Of a stretch of DNA of 64,000 nucleotides, positions 20,417 through 32,064 are shown piece after piece; position 1 is the stretch's first letter; every line of letters starts with the position of its first letter. Both the position numbers and the translations under genes were made by a program. Source of the DNA: Alphaproteobacteria bacterium. GTDB lineage: Bacteria; Pseudomonadota; Alphaproteobacteria; UBA9219. The notes beneath the pieces were generated by a model that searched no databases, was not told the DNA's origin, and saw only the letters and a list, made by a program, of their open reading frames with translations. The stretch is from positions 139,306 through 203,305 of the forward strand of contig JAGWIK010000001.1 in the NCBI GenBank assembly GCA_028866275.1. The letters are read 5' to 3'.

Positions 20417-21346
20417 ATGTTCGATTCCAGCCTTATCGACAGGTTGCCGGTTAATGATGTGCGCGGCAAATGTGTCGCCAACGCGCCGTTGGCCGACCAG
20501 ACATGGTTCCGCGTCGGCGGGCCGGCAGAAATTTTATACCGTCCGGCGGATGAAGAAGATCTGGCGTTTTTTCTTGCCCATTGTCCCGCCGATATACCCG
20601 TGATGGTTATCGGCGCGGCGTCGAATTTATTGGTGCGCGACGGCGGCGTGCCGGGCGTCGTTATCAAATTGACGCCTGCCTTCGCCACCATTCGTGTCGA
20701 AAACGAGGAATTGCGCGCGGGCGCGGCGTCAATCGACCTGAACGTGGCGCGGGCGGCACAGAATGCGGGCATATCGGGCATGGAATTTTTGTGCGGCATT
20801 CCCGGCACCATCGGCGGGGGCTTGCGTATGAATGCGGGTTCTTATGGCCGCGAATTCAAGGATATTGTCGTGCGCGCCGATGTTGTCGACCGCGACGGCA
20901 CGCGTCGCACATTAACCCCGGCCCAGATCGGGTTTGCCTATCGCCACACCGACGTGCCGGTTGACACGATTTTTACCTCGACCCTGTTGCAAGGCGACGC
21001 GGGCGACCCGCATGCCATTCTGGCGCGGATGAACGATATTCAGAAATCGCGCGCCGATTCACAGCCCATCCGCGAACGCACCGGCGGTTCGACTTTCGCC
21101 AATCCGGACAATGACCCGCAGAACCGTAAATCGTGGCAATTGATCGAAGCCGCGGGTTGCCGCGGTCTTAAAATTGGCCACGCCAAGGTTTCGGAAAAAC
21201 ATTGCAACTTTCTGATCAACACCGGCGGCGCGACGGCGGCGGAGATCGAACATCTGGGCGAAGAAGTCCGGCGGCGCGTGTTCGAAAGCTTCGGCGTCGA
21301 ATTGCGGTGGGAGATCAAGCGAATTGGCATCGCCGCATCCCCCTGA
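20417..21346 (+). CDS. murB: UDP-N-acetylmuramate dehydrogenase
   Basis: TWFRVGGPA, GIPGTIGG, MNAG, GSTFANP and HCNF motifs. Confidence 0.97.
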   Translation: MFDSSLIDRLPVNDVRGKCVANAPLADQTWFRVGGPAEILYRPADEEDLAFFLAHCPADIPVMVIGAASNLLVRDGGVPGVVIKLTPAFATIRVENEELRAGAASIDLNVARAAQNAGISGMEFLCGIPGTIGGGLRMNAGSYGREFKDIVVRADVVDRDGTRRTLTPAQIGFAYRHTDVPVDTIFTSTLLQGDAGDPHAILARMNDIQKSRADSQPIRERTGGSTFANPDNDPQNRKSWQLIEAAGCRGLKIGHAKVSEKHCNFLINTGGATAAEIEHLGEEVRRRVFESFGVELRWEIKRIGIAASP

Positions 21347-21357
21347 CCACGCAGACC

Positions 21358-22107
21358 CTAGAACGGCATCAGGATATCGAACAATTGCGACCCATAACGC
21401 GGTTGCTGAACGTCGGTGATGGAACCGCGGCCGCCATATTCGATGCGGGCTTCGGCAATCTGGTCGTAGCTGACGGTATTGTCGGCGGAAATATCCTGCG
21501 GACGGATGATGCCGCGGATTTTAAGTTCGCGCACATCGTAATTGACGCTGACCTGCTGGATGCCTTCGACCACCAGATTGCCGTTGGGCAATACCTGTGA
21601 AATTGTCGCGGCGACGCGCAGGTCGATCTGTTCCTGTCGTCCGATCGACCCCTTGCCGTCGTTGCTGGTCGTGCTGCCCATATCGACGAGACTCGCCGGG
21701 CTGACGGCGGCGGGAAGGACGGAACTGAGTTTGCTTTCCAATCCAAGGAAATTGGTCAAATTGGCGGTGTCCGAATTGTTGCGCGACCGTTTGGTTTCGT
21801 TTTGAATCTGCGCCTGATCGTTGATGGTGACGATCACGGTCAGGATGTCGCCGACGCGGCTGGCGCGCTGGTCGCGGAAAAAGGCGCGTCCCCCCGTTTC
21901 CCACAGGGAATTGGGTTGGCGTTCGTTCAATGACGGCGGCGGCATCGGCATGCTGACGGGAACATAGCCAGCCTGTTTGGTCGGGTTTTCGATGGGGGCG
22001 AGTTGCGGCTGGTCGCCGATTTCGGAAATGCGGTCGAAGGCGTTGCATGCCGTCAACGACAAAAAAGTCGCCGCCAGCATGATGTTTTTATAGCGAATAC
22101 GAACCAT
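21358..22107 (-). CDS. flgH: flagellar L-ring protein
   Basis: Lipobox LTAC; GDILTV, VLPNGNL and IAEARIEYGGRG motifs. Confidence 0.95.
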   Translation of the reverse strand: MVRIRYKNIMLAATFLSLTACNAFDRISEIGDQPQLAPIENPTKQAGYVPVSMPMPPPSLNERQPNSLWETGGRAFFRDQRASRVGDILTVIVTINDQAQIQNETKRSRNNSDTANLTNFLGLESKLSSVLPAAVSPASLVDMGSTTSNDGKGSIGRQEQIDLRVAATISQVLPNGNLVVEGIQQVSVNYDVRELKIRGIIRPQDISADNTVSYDQIAEARIEYGGRGSITDVQQPRYGSQLFDILMPF

Positions 22108-22115
22108 AAAACCTC

Positions 22116-23159
22116 CTATTGCGCCGACGCCAATTGCTGCGCGGTGCGTATGTCGACCGTATCGGGCCCGGTGACCGTGCCTTCGATGACGCGGTTGCTG
22201 CGCGTGTTGAGCAGGCGGATCACATCGCCTTGCGCGCCGTCCTGTTCGGCCTTGCCCTGCGCCGTGACGGTCATATAAGGCGTGGCGATGCGCATGGTGA
22301 CCAGCGCGCCGCGCTTGACCAGCTGCTGCGGCATGACGTCGCGGGCGTGGAACAGTTCGTCTTCGGCCTTGTCGCGCCGCAATTCGCGGCCGACAAGCTG
22401 CGATTCCTCGGTGACGACGTCGGCGGTGATGCGGTCTTCGGGCACTTTTGTCCAGTCGATGTCGTCGGCGCCGATGGTGTCGCCCGCTTCCAGCCGGTGG
22501 GCGAGGATGGGAACGGGCCGTTCGACGACGACGCGTCCCGTCACCGCGACGACATAGGGGCCGCGGGTTGTTTGCGCCGTCAAATCGGCGCGGAAGTATT
22601 TGTTGAGCGGATCATAGACAAAATTGGCCAGCGTAAAGTCGGGATCCGTGTTTTTCTTGCCATTAACCGGCAGGTCGATTTCCTGCGCCGGATTGTCGAG
22701 CGTGACCTGAAAGCTGCGCCCGTCATCGCCTGCGTTTGCCGCGCTGTTAATGACTGTGTTGCCTTTGATGGCCGAGGTGGCGGCGCTGTTTTCTTTGATC
22801 GCGGATATAACGCGGGCACGGATCATGTCGGCGGTGACGCGGGCGCAGGCCGATGTGACGGTGACATGGTCTGACGACGCGTTTTGCGACTGCCAGTCGA
22901 GGCGATAGGTGTCGGCCAGTTTGTCGAGAACGGTTTCGTCATAGACGGCGGATTTGCACGGCGCGGGGGCCTGGGCGATGTCGCGGTCGATGTCGGCGGG
23001 CACGCCGTTGAATAAATCGCTAAGCCGCACGGCAAAACGCGATACCTGCACATCGGGGTTGATGGTGACGGACGCGTCGGCGCGGCACGGCGTCGACGAC
23101 GCGATGCTGCCCGCGGTGACAAGCCATAATGCCGATAAAATGCGCAAGGTTCTGGACAT
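22116..23159 (-). CDS. flgA: flagellar P-ring formation chaperone
   Basis: Signal peptide, C-terminal LVKRG...G-A-QDG--GD-IR--N--S; located between flgG and flgH. Confidence 0.88.
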   Translation of the reverse strand: MSRTLRILSALWLVTAGSIASSTPCRADASVTINPDVQVSRFAVRLSDLFNGVPADIDRDIAQAPAPCKSAVYDETVLDKLADTYRLDWQSQNASSDHVTVTSACARVTADMIRARVISAIKENSAATSAIKGNTVINSAANAGDDGRSFQVTLDNPAQEIDLPVNGKKNTDPDFTLANFVYDPLNKYFRADLTAQTTRGPYVVAVTGRVVVERPVPILAHRLEAGDTIGADDIDWTKVPEDRITADVVTEESQLVGRELRRDKAEDELFHARDVMPQQLVKRGALVTMRIATPYMTVTAQGKAEQDGAQGDVIRLLNTRSNRVIEGTVTGPDTVDIRTAQQLASAQ

Positions 23160-23171
23160 GATGTTACCCGG

Positions 23172-23960
23172 TTACGTCTTCATCTGGTTGGCCGCGCTGA
23201 GCATCTGGTCGGCCGTGGTAATGACTTTGGAATTCAGTTCATAGGTGCGTTGCGCCGAAATCAGGTTGGTGATTTCTGTCACCGTATCGACGTTCGATGT
23301 TTCCAGCGATCCCTGGATGATGGTGCCGGTGCCGCTGACGCCGGGGTTCTGGGTCGTCGGCGCGCCCGACGAGTCTGTCTGTTTCAGCAAATTATTACCG
23401 ATGGCTTCCAACCCGACGGGGTTGATAAAGGTCGCCAGCTGCAACTGGCCCAATGTCTGCTGGGCGGTCTGTCCTGCAATGGTGGCCACGACCTGACCGC
23501 TGGAGTTAATAGTGATGGATGTCGCCGTCGACGGCACCGTGATGCTGGGCGTGATCTGGTACCCGTCGGCCGTGACGATCTGGCCGTTGGCGTTGAGTTG
23601 CAGCGACCCGTCGCGGGTATAGGATGTCGTGCCGTCGGGCATTTGCACCTGCAGATATCCCGCGCCATTGATGGCAAGGTCGAGGGAATTGTTCGTAACC
23701 GAAATATTGCCCTGCGTGTTGATGCGATAGGTCGCGGCGGGCATGACGCCGAGGCCGACCTGCAAACCCGATGGCAGGTAGGTGCCGCTGTCCGACGATT
23801 CGGAACCGACGGTGCGCATATTCTGGTACAAAAGATCCTGAAACTCGGCGCGCGACGCCTTGAACCCGTTGGTGGACGAGTTGGCGATGTTGTTCGAAAT
23901 CACTTCGATGTTCAACTGCTGGGCTTCCATGCCCGTGGCGCCGATGCTTAATGCTCTCAT
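23172..23960 (-). CDS. flgG: flagellar basal-body rod protein FlgG
   Basis: ISNNIAN, FQDLLYQ, YTRDG, LETSNV and AQRTYELNSK motifs. Confidence 0.96.
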   Translation of the reverse strand: MRALSIGATGMEAQQLNIEVISNNIANSSTNGFKASRAEFQDLLYQNMRTVGSESSDSGTYLPSGLQVGLGVMPAATYRINTQGNISVTNNSLDLAINGAGYLQVQMPDGTTSYTRDGSLQLNANGQIVTADGYQITPSITVPSTATSITINSSGQVVATIAGQTAQQTLGQLQLATFINPVGLEAIGNNLLKQTDSSGAPTTQNPGVSGTGTIIQGSLETSNVDTVTEITNLISAQRTYELNSKVITTADQMLSAANQMKT

Positions 23961-23975
23961 GATGAACCTCGTCCT

Positions 23976-24728
23976 TTAGGATGTTTGCGACAATTTATCG
24001 ATGGCGTTGTCCAGACGCGTATTTTCATTGCTGATCATGTTGGTGGCCTGTTCATAGGCGCGCTGGATCTTGATCAGATCGGTGATTTCGACGACGGGCT
24101 GGACGTTCGACTGTTCCAGCGCGCCTTCGACGATGACGTTATTGGCGGCGGCGGGCGTCGGTGCCTGCGTTGTGGTGTACAGCCCTGCGCCCGTCGGGCT
24201 TAACGCCTGATTGTTGGCGAATTCGACGACCCCGACTTTGCCCAGAATGGTGCGCGAGGTCACGGTGCCGTTTTGTACCGACACCGTGCCGTCGCCGGAT
24301 ATGGTCAGATCGGTCGATTGGTCGGGAATGATGATGGGCTGGCCGCTGTCGCTGAGGATCGGCAGGCCCGATGCCGTGACGATTTGCCCCTGGTTGTCGA
24401 TTTGAAACGCGCCGTCGCGTGTGTACTGCTTGCCTTGCGGTGTCTGTACCTGAAAATAACCATCACCCTGAATGGCCAGATCAAGCGGGTTGCCGGTATT
24501 CGAAATGGCGCCCGGCTTCATGTCGCGATAGGTGGCGCGGTCATAGACGAAGCTGATCGGCGCGGTCGATGACGCGCCGCCGCCAAGATTGCTGAGCACC
24601 GTGTCGAACTGCATGGCTTCGCGCTTGAAGCCGGTGGTGTTGCTGTTCGCGATATTGTTGGCGACGACGTCCAGAGAACGTTCCAGCGCCATCTGATCGG
24701 AAAGCAGGACAAGGCCGGGTGACATCAT
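23976..24728 (-). CDS. flgF: flagellar basal-body rod protein FlgF
   Basis: VANNIANSNTTGFK, TGNPLDLAI, YTRDG and LEQSNV motifs. Confidence 0.93.
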   Translation of the reverse strand: MMSPGLVLLSDQMALERSLDVVANNIANSNTTGFKREAMQFDTVLSNLGGGASSTAPISFVYDRATYRDMKPGAISNTGNPLDLAIQGDGYFQVQTPQGKQYTRDGAFQIDNQGQIVTASGLPILSDSGQPIIIPDQSTDLTISGDGTVSVQNGTVTSRTILGKVGVVEFANNQALSPTGAGLYTTTQAPTPAAANNVIVEGALEQSNVQPVVEITDLIKIQRAYEQATNMISNENTRLDNAIDKLSQTS

Positions 24729-24782
24729 GACGGTTCTAAGCCTCCTTCAGGGACACGACCACCGTGTCCTCGCCCTCACCAG

Positions 24783-24799
24783 TGCATATGCCGTGCCAA
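24783..24799 (-). promoter_or_regulatory. sigma54 (-24/-12) promoter of flgFGAH
   Basis: The minus strand reads TTGGCACGGCATATGCA. Confidence 0.8.
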
Positions 24800-24840
24800 A
24801 ATTATATGCAGGAGAATCAACGTATTGCTGGTGATTCAGG

Positions 24841-24890
24841 CGGGCAGTTTTGGCCGCGCGGCGGGCAGATTGTTCCACCTGTTTTGCCGG
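24841..24890. promoter_or_regulatory. ftr-like (FlbD enhancer) elements
   Basis: CGGGCAGTTTTGGCCG, CGGGCAGATTGTTCC and TTTTGCCG lie upstream of the sigma54 site and resemble Caulobacter ftr (CGGCA...TTGCCG). Confidence 0.55.
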
Positions 24891-24975
24891 AAATTATTTT
24901 CGGAAACTATTTTCAAAGGTGGAAAAGACGGCGCGAAAGGCATAAACAACCTTCATGCATACGAAAGAAAATAAA

Positions 24976-25470
24976 ATGCCAATTTTTGCCGCGCCGCAAC
25001 GGCGGCCGGTCTGGCGGTGGCGCGCGGCTGCCCTTTTGGTCGTTGGGTCTGTCGCCGTGGTCAGGGATGCGCAAATCGGCTGGCAATCATACAGGGCTGC
25101 CGTTACGGCGGGGGCGGAGAATGCCCTTGGCGTCACGCGGCTGGATGTGCAGACAAGGCTCGATACGCGCAACCCGCCTTTATCTTCGTCGCCTGTTTGG
25201 TTGGGAGGCTGGGCCGCGCCCGGCGGTTACAGCGGCGGCATTTATGCCCAAAAAATGCCTGCCGCACGACAGGCCGGGTTTTTGGAGGCCGGGGTTTTGG
25301 CCGGCGATGAATGCGTGAAGACAACCATAACCGTTCGCGCGCCGGCGATGCTGGGCGTCCTGCGCGCAATAGGCGAACGCGCGGAAATCGATATTTGGTG
25401 TCACCGTTCCGGCGAGAATTATAACTTAAGGCGCACGAACATCATGCCGGACGTCGGATTCGCGCCATAG
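24976..25470 (+). CDS. hypothetical protein with N-terminal hydrophobic segment (possibly degenerate)
   Basis: The ORF fills the gap, but its 3' end overlaps the convergent gene by about 50 bp. Confidence 0.35.
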   Translation: MPIFAAPQRRPVWRWRAAALLVVGSVAVVRDAQIGWQSYRAAVTAGAENALGVTRLDVQTRLDTRNPPLSSSPVWLGGWAAPGGYSGGIYAQKMPAARQAGFLEAGVLAGDECVKTTITVRAPAMLGVLRAIGERAEIDIWCHRSGENYNLRRTNIMPDVGFAP

Positions 25471-26750
25471 GCGCCGTCCATGCTGGCGGGGTAGGCGTAA
25501 CGGTCGACGACGCCGCCGACCCCAAATTTCAGATGCCCGGTGACATGGAAATCGCGGATATAGCCGACGCTGATTTTGCTGACAGTCAGGACTTGCCCGC
25601 CAAGCGTGGGGCTGCCGTCGAATAATTCGTCTTCGCCGGCGCGTTCGGCGCGCGCGAAAAAAGTATGCTTGTCGTGCAGGACGACTTCGCTTTCCAGCAA
25701 AAAGCCGTCGAGGGTATGGCCGGGGTCGTTCATTTTCCGGCCCCACGCGAAAGTCGTGGCCCAGTTGTTATCGTCGAAGGGCAGGTTGTACGTGCCGGAC
25801 GCCGTGACGCGATGTTCGTTGACGCCGGGCGTCAGCTGTTCCGGGCTGTGCAGGGAACCCCAGCTGGTTTGCAGCGACCAGTCGGCGGTGGGGTTATAGG
25901 TCAGGCGGGCCGAATAACTGTCGAGCTTTGGCGATTCAATGTCCGAACGATATTGGTCGGGTTCGCGGCCGTTGAAGGCCGATGCTTCAATTTTCCACTG
26001 CCCATGCACATAACCGCCGGTCAGCACGCCATAGGTAATATGCGTGCTGTCGAGCCAGTGATGGGTAATGGGCGCCTCGGGGTTGTCCATGCCCGACAGG
26101 CGATGCATGAAGGTTGTCGGCCCCAGCGCCGGTTCGCCCGGCAGGCCGCCATAGACAAAGACCGAAGATTTATCCGTCAGGCGATAGCTGTAAGTCGTGG
26201 CCAGTTCCATGAACAAATCATGCGGGTGCTGGCGGTCGACAAGGGGGGTGCTGCCGTTGGCGGTTTCGCCTGTCGCGAACAGCAAGGGATAGCCGTTGGC
26301 GCCCATCAGCGGATCCAGCGACATCATGGCGCGTAACCCCCATGTGCCGCGCTCGCCGACGGGCCTTTGCCCCATCAGCATGCCCATGCTTTGACTGAAC
26401 GTCTTGTTCGCGCCGCGCGGGCCGCCCTGAACATCGTAAATGCCGTTGATATAGCCTTCGGCCATCAAATCCCAGTCGCCCGCCGCAAAAGACACGCCCT
26501 GGGCCGGGGATGAATCGGGTTGCCAGCTGGTGCCCGATGCGTCGCGCGTCATGGCATAGGGGCCCAGCGCGCCCTGCATCGCCGCACCGCCGGCGCCGTT
26601 CATATGTGCCATATTCATGGCGTCCGCGTCAGGCGCGGAGGTTGCCTGCGCCACGGCGGGTTTAGGGCAGGCGGCCAGCAAAAGAAACAATGCGGCGCAG
26701 GATACGGTTTTTCCAACGTGAAAGAATCCGGCTTCGGCGGCGGGCATCAT
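25419..26750 (-). CDS. putative outer-membrane beta-barrel protein, Met/His-rich N-terminus (possibly heavy-metal associated)
   Basis: Signal peptide, [32 protein letters not shown] and HHWLDSTH; alternating C-terminal strand. Confidence 0.7.
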   Translation of the reverse strand: MMPAAEAGFFHVGKTVSCAALFLLLAACPKPAVAQATSAPDADAMNMAHMNGAGGAAMQGALGPYAMTRDASGTSWQPDSSPAQGVSFAAGDWDLMAEGYINGIYDVQGGPRGANKTFSQSMGMLMGQRPVGERGTWGLRAMMSLDPLMGANGYPLLFATGETANGSTPLVDRQHPHDLFMELATTYSYRLTDKSSVFVYGGLPGEPALGPTTFMHRLSGMDNPEAPITHHWLDSTHITYGVLTGGYVHGQWKIEASAFNGREPDQYRSDIESPKLDSYSARLTYNPTADWSLQTSWGSLHSPEQLTPGVNEHRVTASGTYNLPFDDNNWATTFAWGRKMNDPGHTLDGFLLESEVVLHDKHTFFARAERAGEDELFDGSPTLGGQVLTVSKISVGYIRDFHVTGHLKFGVGGVVDRYAYPASMDGAYGANPTSGMMFVRLKL

Positions 26751-28018
26751 GATTGCCCCGCGTTGGCGGTAAAGGCCGCGACCTCATTTTGCATCTTGCC
26801 GCATTCGGCGCGGCAGGTTTGCGTTGCGGCCTGAACGTCGCGCGCAGTGGCGGTGACCTGACGCACGGCGTCGCCCAGCGTCATCATGTTGTCGCTGACC
26901 TTGGCCATGTTTTCGGTTGTGGTGCGGACATTGTCGGCGATGCGTCCTGTGGCGGCGGCTTGCTGGTCGACGGCGGCGGCGATTGACTGGCTGATCGCCA
27001 GCGAATGGTCGATCGTGCCGACAATGGCGGAAACGTCGTCGACGACAAGGCCGATCGCGCTTTGGATGGACTCGATGTGCCCCGTGATTTCCTGCGTCGC
27101 CGCCGATGTCTGATTGGCCAGAGCCTTGACTTCGCCCGCGACCACGGCAAAGCCCTTGCCCGCTTCGCCGACGCGCGCGGCTTCAATGGTGGCGTTCAAC
27201 GCCAGCAAATTGGTTTGCGCCGCGATTTTGCCGATCAGGGCCACGACATCGCCGATTTTCCGCGCCGCTTCTTTCAGCGTTTCGGCCTGTTCGCTGGTTT
27301 TCCTGACGTCTGCCACGGCTTTTTCGGCGACGTTGCGCGATTCCCCGGCCTGTTGCCCGATATGGGCGCTGCTGGATTCCAGTTCGGCCGTCGCGGTGGC
27401 GATCATCGATATGTTTTCATAGGTTTCCTGCGCTGCCGTCGACACGGTTTCGACGGCATGCGACGCCGTGGCGACGGCATCGTGCAAATGGCCGACGCCG
27501 GATTCCTGTTGCTGGATGGCTTGCAGCAATCCTGTGACGATTTTGGCGAACGCCTTGTTGAACGCATCGGCCATGTCGCGTCCGGCGCGGCGGCGGTCGT
27601 CGTCGGCGCGTTGCTGCAAGGTTTGCTGTTCCGCCTGCAACCGTTCCTTGGCCAGAGCCGTCTGGCGGAAACTTTCCAGCGCGCCCGCCAATTGCCCGAT
27701 TTCGTCACGGCGTCCGCGATAGGGGATGTCGACGCCGTTATCGCCGTTCTGCAATCGTCCGGTGATGTCGATGATGCGGCGCAGCGGCGGCACGATGTTG
27801 AAAATCATCGCGACGACGATGATGCTGCCTGCGCCGATGCCGCCAAGGCCGAAGGTCAGCGCCGTCCAGAAAGCCGCGGGGTTGTTGTGCGACACGCCGT
27901 TCAGATAAAGGGCGAAGAATACCCAGGCGACGGCAACCGGCGGTACGAAAGACAGGGCGACGCGCAGACCGATTCCGCTGCTGAAGACGCGTATGAAGTT
28001 GAAAAATTTGGCGAGCAA
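26747..28018 (-). CDS. methyl-accepting chemotaxis protein
   Basis: Two transmembrane segments, HAMP (RRDEIGQLA), and [30 protein letters not shown]. Confidence 0.95.
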   Translation of the reverse strand: MLAKFFNFIRVFSSGIGLRVALSFVPPVAVAWVFFALYLNGVSHNNPAAFWTALTFGLGGIGAGSIIVVAMIFNIVPPLRRIIDITGRLQNGDNGVDIPYRGRRDEIGQLAGALESFRQTALAKERLQAEQQTLQQRADDDRRRAGRDMADAFNKAFAKIVTGLLQAIQQQESGVGHLHDAVATASHAVETVSTAAQETYENISMIATATAELESSSAHIGQQAGESRNVAEKAVADVRKTSEQAETLKEAARKIGDVVALIGKIAAQTNLLALNATIEAARVGEAGKGFAVVAGEVKALANQTSAATQEITGHIESIQSAIGLVVDDVSAIVGTIDHSLAISQSIAAAVDQQAAATGRIADNVRTTTENMAKVSDNMMTLGDAVRQVTATARDVQAATQTCRAECGKMQNEVAAFTANAGQS

Positions 28019-28126
28019 GATTTTCTCCCCGGCAGGAAGGACGCCGCGATTATTTCAGCCCCGCGACGGAATTGCAATTGGCGCATATGGGGTATGTCTT
28101 TTTTGACGCCAGTGTGCTTTTTGGAA

Positions 28127-28840
28127 TTATAATAAATCGGCGCGGCCGTAAATGGCGGTGCCTTCGACGCGCTGTCCGTGCGCGATCCATGTCGCCAATT
28201 GATCGCCGCGCGAAAAATGCCACCATTCCGTGGGGTTGCGCGTAAAGCCCTGCGCCGCCATCACGGTGTTCAGCAGCACGCGATTGGCGTGGGCCTGTTG
28301 TCCGGTGCCGTCAGCGGCGGCGAAATAATCGGGGTTGGAACGGTCGGAATTTTCGTCGATGGGCGACCCCATGTCGATTTCATGGCCCCGTTCGTCGGCC
28401 AGCGTGCAATCGACCACGGCGCCGGTGCTGTGCGGCGGCGGGGTCGCGGGGTCGGCGCTGGGCATGCCCCAGATGCGCAGGACTTTGGGCATCAGATTTT
28501 CACGCTCGGCATCGGTTAATCGCGCCGGATCCAACCCCTGCGCGCGGGCCAGCGCGGCCAGTTCGCGTTCGACCATAAAGGCCTGTACCGCGTTGGGGCG
28601 ATAGGCGTCGAACAGCATGATCTTCCAGCCGGGGTTTGATGCTTGCAGTTGCGCCTGTGCCTTAATCAGGGCGTCCAGTACCGATGCGCGCAGCATCCAC
28701 GGGCTGGCGTCGCCGTAAGGCGCGCCCAAAGCGGCATAGGGATGCGGGTCGAAGAATGCGAATATGTCGCGCGGAATTTCAACCAGAGGTTCGCCGCAGT
28801 CGCGGATGGGGATGGTGCGGTAGGGTTTGATCAATGCCAT
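28127..28840 (-). CDS. D-alanyl-D-alanine dipeptidase (peptidase M15, VanX/DdpX-like)
   Basis: FDAYRP, PHSTGAVVD, DMGS and EWWHF motifs. Confidence 0.9.
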   Translation of the reverse strand: MALIKPYRTIPIRDCGEPLVEIPRDIFAFFDPHPYAALGAPYGDASPWMLRASVLDALIKAQAQLQASNPGWKIMLFDAYRPNAVQAFMVERELAALARAQGLDPARLTDAERENLMPKVLRIWGMPSADPATPPPHSTGAVVDCTLADERGHEIDMGSPIDENSDRSNPDYFAAADGTGQQAHANRVLLNTVMAAQGFTRNPTEWWHFSRGDQLATWIAHGQRVEGTAIYGRADLL

Positions 28841-28920
28841 AGGATGGGTATATGTTTGACAACCGGAAGAACGATAACGAATAATAGCCCCTTATTATCT
28901 TAAAAATATATAATCAGAGC

Positions 28921-29943
28921 GTGCCAATGAAATCCGTTAAAAAGGGAACTGTTTCCGACATCGGTGTAGGGTTCGAGGGCGCGCGCGCCCACTTTTTGCC
29001 GTCGCATGACGCAAATGTCCAACATTACGTTATCCCTGACGACACCTTCCCCTATCTTGCCAGACTATACAGCTTTACCTCGGAATTCGATGGAAACCCG
29101 GACGAAAGAACTGTTGCGTCGCGCCAGAGGGATTGCCGGACGTTTCTGCTCGACTTCGCCGAGCATTTATTTGCTGACGGCAATCCGATGCTGTGGCCGT
29201 ACAGCGCGGTAATGGCCGCTGTTGTCGCCGCGCAGGACGCCAAAACGCATTATGATGAAATCAAAACCGTTTTCGACAGGCTCGATCGCGAATTCGAGGA
29301 TATCGCCCGCTACGGATTGGGCGAGAAAACCGATAAACTGATGGCGTTCGTGGCTTATTTTTGCGCGGCGCGGCTGCTGCCGTTTGAAACCGCTTTCGGT
29401 CAGCGGTTGCATGGCCGGGTGGACGCCATTCTCAATGCCGCGCTGGAACGGAGCGAAACCGATTATACCGACATGCTTGTCATTGGCATGAAGGGGCAGT
29501 CGACTCCCGGCTATGCGCCGCTGTTTCCCGCCGGCGAATCCTTGCTGCTTACACATTTCCAAAGCACGGTGCAGGGAGTTAGTGATTACAGCAAATCGCC
29601 GGAAGCAACGCCGTCGACGATCGCAGAAAATCTGGTTTTTCTGGCAGAGCTGGCGGGCGGCCTGTCCATACAGTTATGCGACGAAACGCTGATGGGAATG
29701 ACCGCGACCCATGTTTTTGCGGAATCCATGCACGACTTGATGGTTGCGGACGAAATGGCGGCGCAGGAACTGGTGCGTGCCGGGCAAAATCTCTATGCCT
29801 GGCAAGAAGACCCCAATCCTTCTTTCATCGAAGTGGTGGAGAAGGCGCGCCTGTCTCTGGAAAGCCGCAAAAGGCCTATGCATCAAGGCTCGGTTTCGGC
29901 GGCCGCGCGCGCGGCCGCCCGCCCCCTTGCGCAACCGCGCTAA
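28921..29943 (+). CDS. orphan hypothetical protein
   Basis: 340-aa ORF with an AT-rich promoter-like upstream region and a basic, Pro-containing C-terminal tail. Confidence 0.7.
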   Translation: MPMKSVKKGTVSDIGVGFEGARAHFLPSHDANVQHYVIPDDTFPYLARLYSFTSEFDGNPDERTVASRQRDCRTFLLDFAEHLFADGNPMLWPYSAVMAAVVAAQDAKTHYDEIKTVFDRLDREFEDIARYGLGEKTDKLMAFVAYFCAARLLPFETAFGQRLHGRVDAILNAALERSETDYTDMLVIGMKGQSTPGYAPLFPAGESLLLTHFQSTVQGVSDYSKSPEATPSTIAENLVFLAELAGGLSIQLCDETLMGMTATHVFAESMHDLMVADEMAAQELVRAGQNLYAWQEDPNPSFIEVVEKARLSLESRKRPMHQGSVSAAARAAARPLAQPR

Positions 29944-29993
29944 GTCGGGCATTTTGCGGCCTGTCCGTCCGTTTTCCGCGAAAGGTTGTTTCC

Positions 29994-32009
29994 ATGTCCC
30001 ACGCCGCGCTTGCCGCCCTTGCCGATGTTCCGGCTTCCGTCGATCCTTTGCATAAGGATATGGCCAGCGCCATTCGCGCGCTGGCGATGGATGCGGTCGA
30101 ACGCGCCAAGTCGGGCCATCCCGGCATGCCGATGGGCATGGCCGACGTCGCCACGGTGTTGTGGACCAAATTTTTGCGTTTCGACGCCGCCAATCCCGGC
30201 TGGCCCGACCGCGACCGTTTCATTTTGTCGGGCGGGCACGGGTCGATGCTGCTGTACGCGCTGGCGCATCTGGCCGGCTTTCAAAAAATGACGATGGAGG
30301 AAATCAAAAATTTCCGCCAACTGGGCAGCCACACTGCCGGCCATCCCGAACGCGATGTCGACCTCGGCATCGAAATGACGACAGGGCCTCTGGGGCAGGG
30401 CATCGCGCACGCCACGGGCTTTGCTCTGGCCGAACGCATGCTCAACGCGCGCTTTGGCGACGGGCTGGTCGATCATCGCACCTTTGTGATGTGCGGCGAC
30501 GGCGATTTGATGGAGGGCGTCAGCGCCGAAGCGGCGAGCCTCGCCGGTCACCTGAAACTCGGCCGCCTGATCGTTTATTATGACGACAATAATATTTCCA
30601 TCGACGGCGAAACGGCGCTGTCTTTCACCGAGGATGTGCAGGCGCGCTATCGCGCCTATGGCTGGCATGTGCAAAGCGTCAACGGGCATGACCCCGACGC
30701 CATCGAAGCGGCGACCAACGCCGCGCTGGCCGTCGCTGATAAACCGTCCTTGATCGCCTGCCGCACCGTGATTGGTTTCGGCGCGCCGAAAAAACAGGGC
30801 ACGCATGGTTGCCACGGGTCGCCTTTGGGCGCGGAAGAAATCGCGGCGGCGCGGGCGCAGCTTGGCTGGCCGCATGAACCGTTCGTGATTCCGGCCGATA
30901 TTTTGTCGGCGTGGCGCGCGGCGGGCGCGCGCGGGCAGGCTGACGTCGCGGCGTGGGCCAAACGCCATGCGGCGCATGCCGGCCGCGCGGCGTTCGACGC
31001 GGCGATGTCGGGCGACATTCCTGTGGCCGCCACGCAGGCTTTGGCCGCGCTGAAACAGAAAATCGCGGCCGAAAAACCGAAATTTGCCACGCGGCAATCA
31101 TCGGGCGCGGCGCTGGACGCGTTGATCCCCGTTTTTCCCGAACTGGCGGGCGGCAGCGCCGATCTGACGCCGTCGAACAACACCCATGTCAAAGGCATGG
31201 AAGACATCGCGCCCGGTTCCTATGGCGGGCGGTATATCCGTTACGGCGTGCGCGAACATGGCATGGCGGCGGCGATGGGCGGGCTGGCGCTGCATGGCGG
31301 CGTCATTCCTTACGGCGGCACGTTCATGCAATTCGCCGATTACGCGCGTCCGGCCATTCGTCTGGCGGCGTTGATGCATTTGCGCGTCATTTACATCATG
31401 ACGCATGACAGCATCGGCCTTGGCGAAGACGGGCCGACGCACCAACCGGTCGAACATCTGGCGGCCTTGCGCGCTATCCCCAATTTGCTGGTCATGCGTC
31501 CGTGCGACACCATTGAAACGGCGGAATGCTGGGCGGCGGCCTTGGCGAATAAGACACGGCCCAGTTTGATGGCCCTGTCGCGGCAGGGTCTGCCGACATT
31601 GCGCGGCGCGGATGCCGAAAACCGCGCGGCGCGCGGGGCCTATGTGCTGGCGGGCGGCGACGGCAAACGCGACGTCACCATTCTGGCCACGGGGTCGGAA
31701 GTGTCTCTGGCGATGGAGGCGCGCGCCAAGCTGGCCGAACAGGGCGTCGCGGCCGCGGTGGTGTCGATGCCGTGCTGGGAACTGTTCGAGGAACAAAGCG
31801 CGGATTACCGCGCGTCGGTTCTGGGCACCGCGCCGCGCGTGGCGGTCGAAGCCGGCATTCGTCAGGGCTGGGATTATTATCTGGGCGCAAACGGCGCGTT
31901 CGTCGGCATGGCGGGTTTCGGCGCGTCGGCTCCGGCGGAAAAACTTTACGCCCATTTCGGCATCACGGCGGATGCCGTTGCTGCAGCCGCGAAAAAGCTT
32001 TTGGGTTGA
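29994..32009 (+). CDS. tkt: transketolase
   Basis: [29 protein letters not shown] and [16 protein letters not shown] motifs. Confidence 0.97.
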   Translation: MSHAALAALADVPASVDPLHKDMASAIRALAMDAVERAKSGHPGMPMGMADVATVLWTKFLRFDAANPGWPDRDRFILSGGHGSMLLYALAHLAGFQKMTMEEIKNFRQLGSHTAGHPERDVDLGIEMTTGPLGQGIAHATGFALAERMLNARFGDGLVDHRTFVMCGDGDLMEGVSAEAASLAGHLKLGRLIVYYDDNNISIDGETALSFTEDVQARYRAYGWHVQSVNGHDPDAIEAATNAALAVADKPSLIACRTVIGFGAPKKQGTHGCHGSPLGAEEIAAARAQLGWPHEPFVIPADILSAWRAAGARGQADVAAWAKRHAAHAGRAAFDAAMSGDIPVAATQALAALKQKIAAEKPKFATRQSSGAALDALIPVFPELAGGSADLTPSNNTHVKGMEDIAPGSYGGRYIRYGVREHGMAAAMGGLALHGGVIPYGGTFMQFADYARPAIRLAALMHLRVIYIMTHDSIGLGEDGPTHQPVEHLAALRAIPNLLVMRPCDTIETAECWAAALANKTRPSLMALSRQGLPTLRGADAENRAARGAYVLAGGDGKRDVTILATGSEVSLAMEARAKLAEQGVAAAVVSMPCWELFEEQSADYRASVLGTAPRVAVEAGIRQGWDYYLGANGAFVGMAGFGASAPAEKLYAHFGITADAVAAAAKKLLG

Positions 32010-32064
32010 TATTATTGGGCAATCTTCCTAAGGTTCGGCATTCCGAATTTTAAGGGAGATTCCC

